Part shown: positions 62,596 to 64,000 of the stretch, in pieces
How the letters are laid out: every line of letters starts with the position of its first letter
How positions within the stretch are numbered: position 1 is the first letter of the stretch
From: Yuukianura sp. NJ FZ-2021
Taxonomy: Eukaryota
Assembly (NCBI GenBank): GCA_046563655.1
Contig: CM102284.1
Span: 5,456,001 to 5,520,000, forward strand
Direction: 5' to 3'
DNA length: 64,000 nucleotides
Position numbers and translations under genes: made by a program
The notes under the pieces: generated by a model
What the model saw: only the letters and a program-made list of their open reading frames with translations
Databases searched by the model: none
Told to the model about the DNA's origin: nothing

Positions 62596-64000
62596 TTAGT
62601 AGAAGCGGAACTTGCAGTAATCTGGACGGCGTGTGTAGAACCAGTAGCGAATGGAACTCCATGGCCAGAGGGACGTAATTGCGCCGACGCAGTTGGTAAA
62701 CCAGGTTCCATTTTTGCTGGTGTTCCAAATAGTTCGCTGGAACTGCAATTCAAGGTCACTCAGGAAGTCATCTTCCGCGGATTCTTCGACCTCAATGACC
62801 TTGGTGCATCGTTTTGTCATTTCCTGGATGAGTTTGACAATGGCATGGACTTGGCACTCCAGAATGAACACTGATGAGTTGTGTAGGATTGTCTAGAAAC
62901 AGAAAAGACAAAGTCAAGGACCACTCATTGTCCATTGAAACAGGTCAAAGGTCAATGACCTCATTTGTAAAAATAAACTTTACAGTATGTGGCCCAAGGA
63001 GGAAAAACAAGTTTGGAGTGACGGAAGTCGTGAGGCCAAAGTAAGTACGAACTCGAACGCGCGAATTTTTCCAACGACACAACAAATCCTGTGAGTACTT
63101 GTCAATAATTTTCATTGGGCCAAAGAATTCTTGACGGTTGTCTTCTGGAGCAAGAATGAGAACCTAAAAGGTAATCAGTTGCTAAATAAGTTAATCGATT
63201 AAGTAACTAACTTTATGCTGAATTTGAGTCTACTTACGTCCAACTGTGTAGTTGCATGTTCTCCACCAGATGTAGTAACTGCGCAATCGGAGATTAGTGT
63301 GATCGGTTCACAGTGGAGCATCACTTTTCCCTTTTCCAAAGCGTTGTAAAAATCGTTTGAATGCAAAATCGGTTTGAAACCAAACGGGTACTTCGGTTCC
63401 AAAAGCCAGCGGAAGCGATGGTAGCTCCCAATCTTAGCACCAATGTACTTCTGAGACAAGTAGTGAGCTAATAGCATATAAACAATTGTTAGCTACCGCT
63501 GATTTCACTTTGTTAGCCTATCTTGTTAGGTTAGGTTTTTACCGATTTGGTTAAAGAGAGAATTCTTGAGGAAGATTGGATAGTAGAAGATTTCAGTCAC
63601 ACCGAAGAGGAACCAACGCAAGATGACCAGCAGGATGTGAACTTTCTCCAAAGTCTTTTTGAAGAACATTGGAAGTTGGAACTGAAGTCTTGGTAGAATC
63701 CAAGATGGACTCTGTTGGTAGTAGTGCAGCATTTTGCATTTCGATTCAATTGCTGGAATCAACTGAACTGCTGCCAGTCCACTTCCAACGACGCCAACGA
63801 CCTTGTCCTCCAAATCAATACTGTCGTCCCATGCACGCGTATGCAAAATCGGTCCTTTAAAACTGCTGAATTCGTCCGGAACGAGAGCTTCTCGGTGAGA
63901 ACCAGTTGCGCAAATCCTAAAAAATCCAAAAACAGTTCCAAATTAACCTAAATTTCAAGAATACGACTCTTGGTTAAAGCTCACTGAACTTACGCCATGT
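62596..64000 (-). CDS. Baeyer-Villiger monooxygenase-like flavoprotein (class B FMO), 5'-partial, intron-containing
   Basis: ICATG, BVMO fingerprint FKGPILHTRAWD, second Rossmann VGVVGSGLAAVQ, QQSPSWILPR, PNLFFLLGPHT, ECQV, and C-terminal W..LWP..YW..TRRPD. Confidence 0.88.

Overview
Gene-dense, AT-rich eukaryotic DNA with short GT-AG introns (mostly 55-120 nt). It looks like an arthropod; a springtail (Collembola) is my inference from gene content, not something I can show. Exons were spliced by hand, so boundaries are approximate. About 21 protein-coding genes in order: CDR2/centrocortin-like (5'-partial), an intronless Cys-rich secreted protein, POLG, a scramblase-like gene, two Tweedle/DUF243-like cuticle genes, a reeler protein, a tiny Cys/Pro-rich protein, a GT17 glycosyltransferase, a single-domain LAMP-like protein, LENG1, CC2D2A (with a perfect RFX X-box), a Pro-rich tandem lipocalin-like protein, TDRKH/papi, cyclin Q, a Nudix hydrolase, a double-LEM protein, STK16, a GH18 chitinase, a sigma GST, a MYCBP-like protein and a 5'-partial Baeyer-Villiger monooxygenase-like gene. 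Non-coding items include a 684-bp TA-flanked MITE with perfect 23-bp TIRs carrying a palindromic 19-bp minisatellite, and several diverged interspersed repeats. No tRNA, rRNA or CRISPR array was recognised. The best leads are the intron-containing microbial-type BVMO with altered catalytic motifs, the MITE-minisatellite, a possibly membrane-anchored CDR2 and an open frame beyond the POLG stop. None is demonstrably a new biological system from sequence alone.
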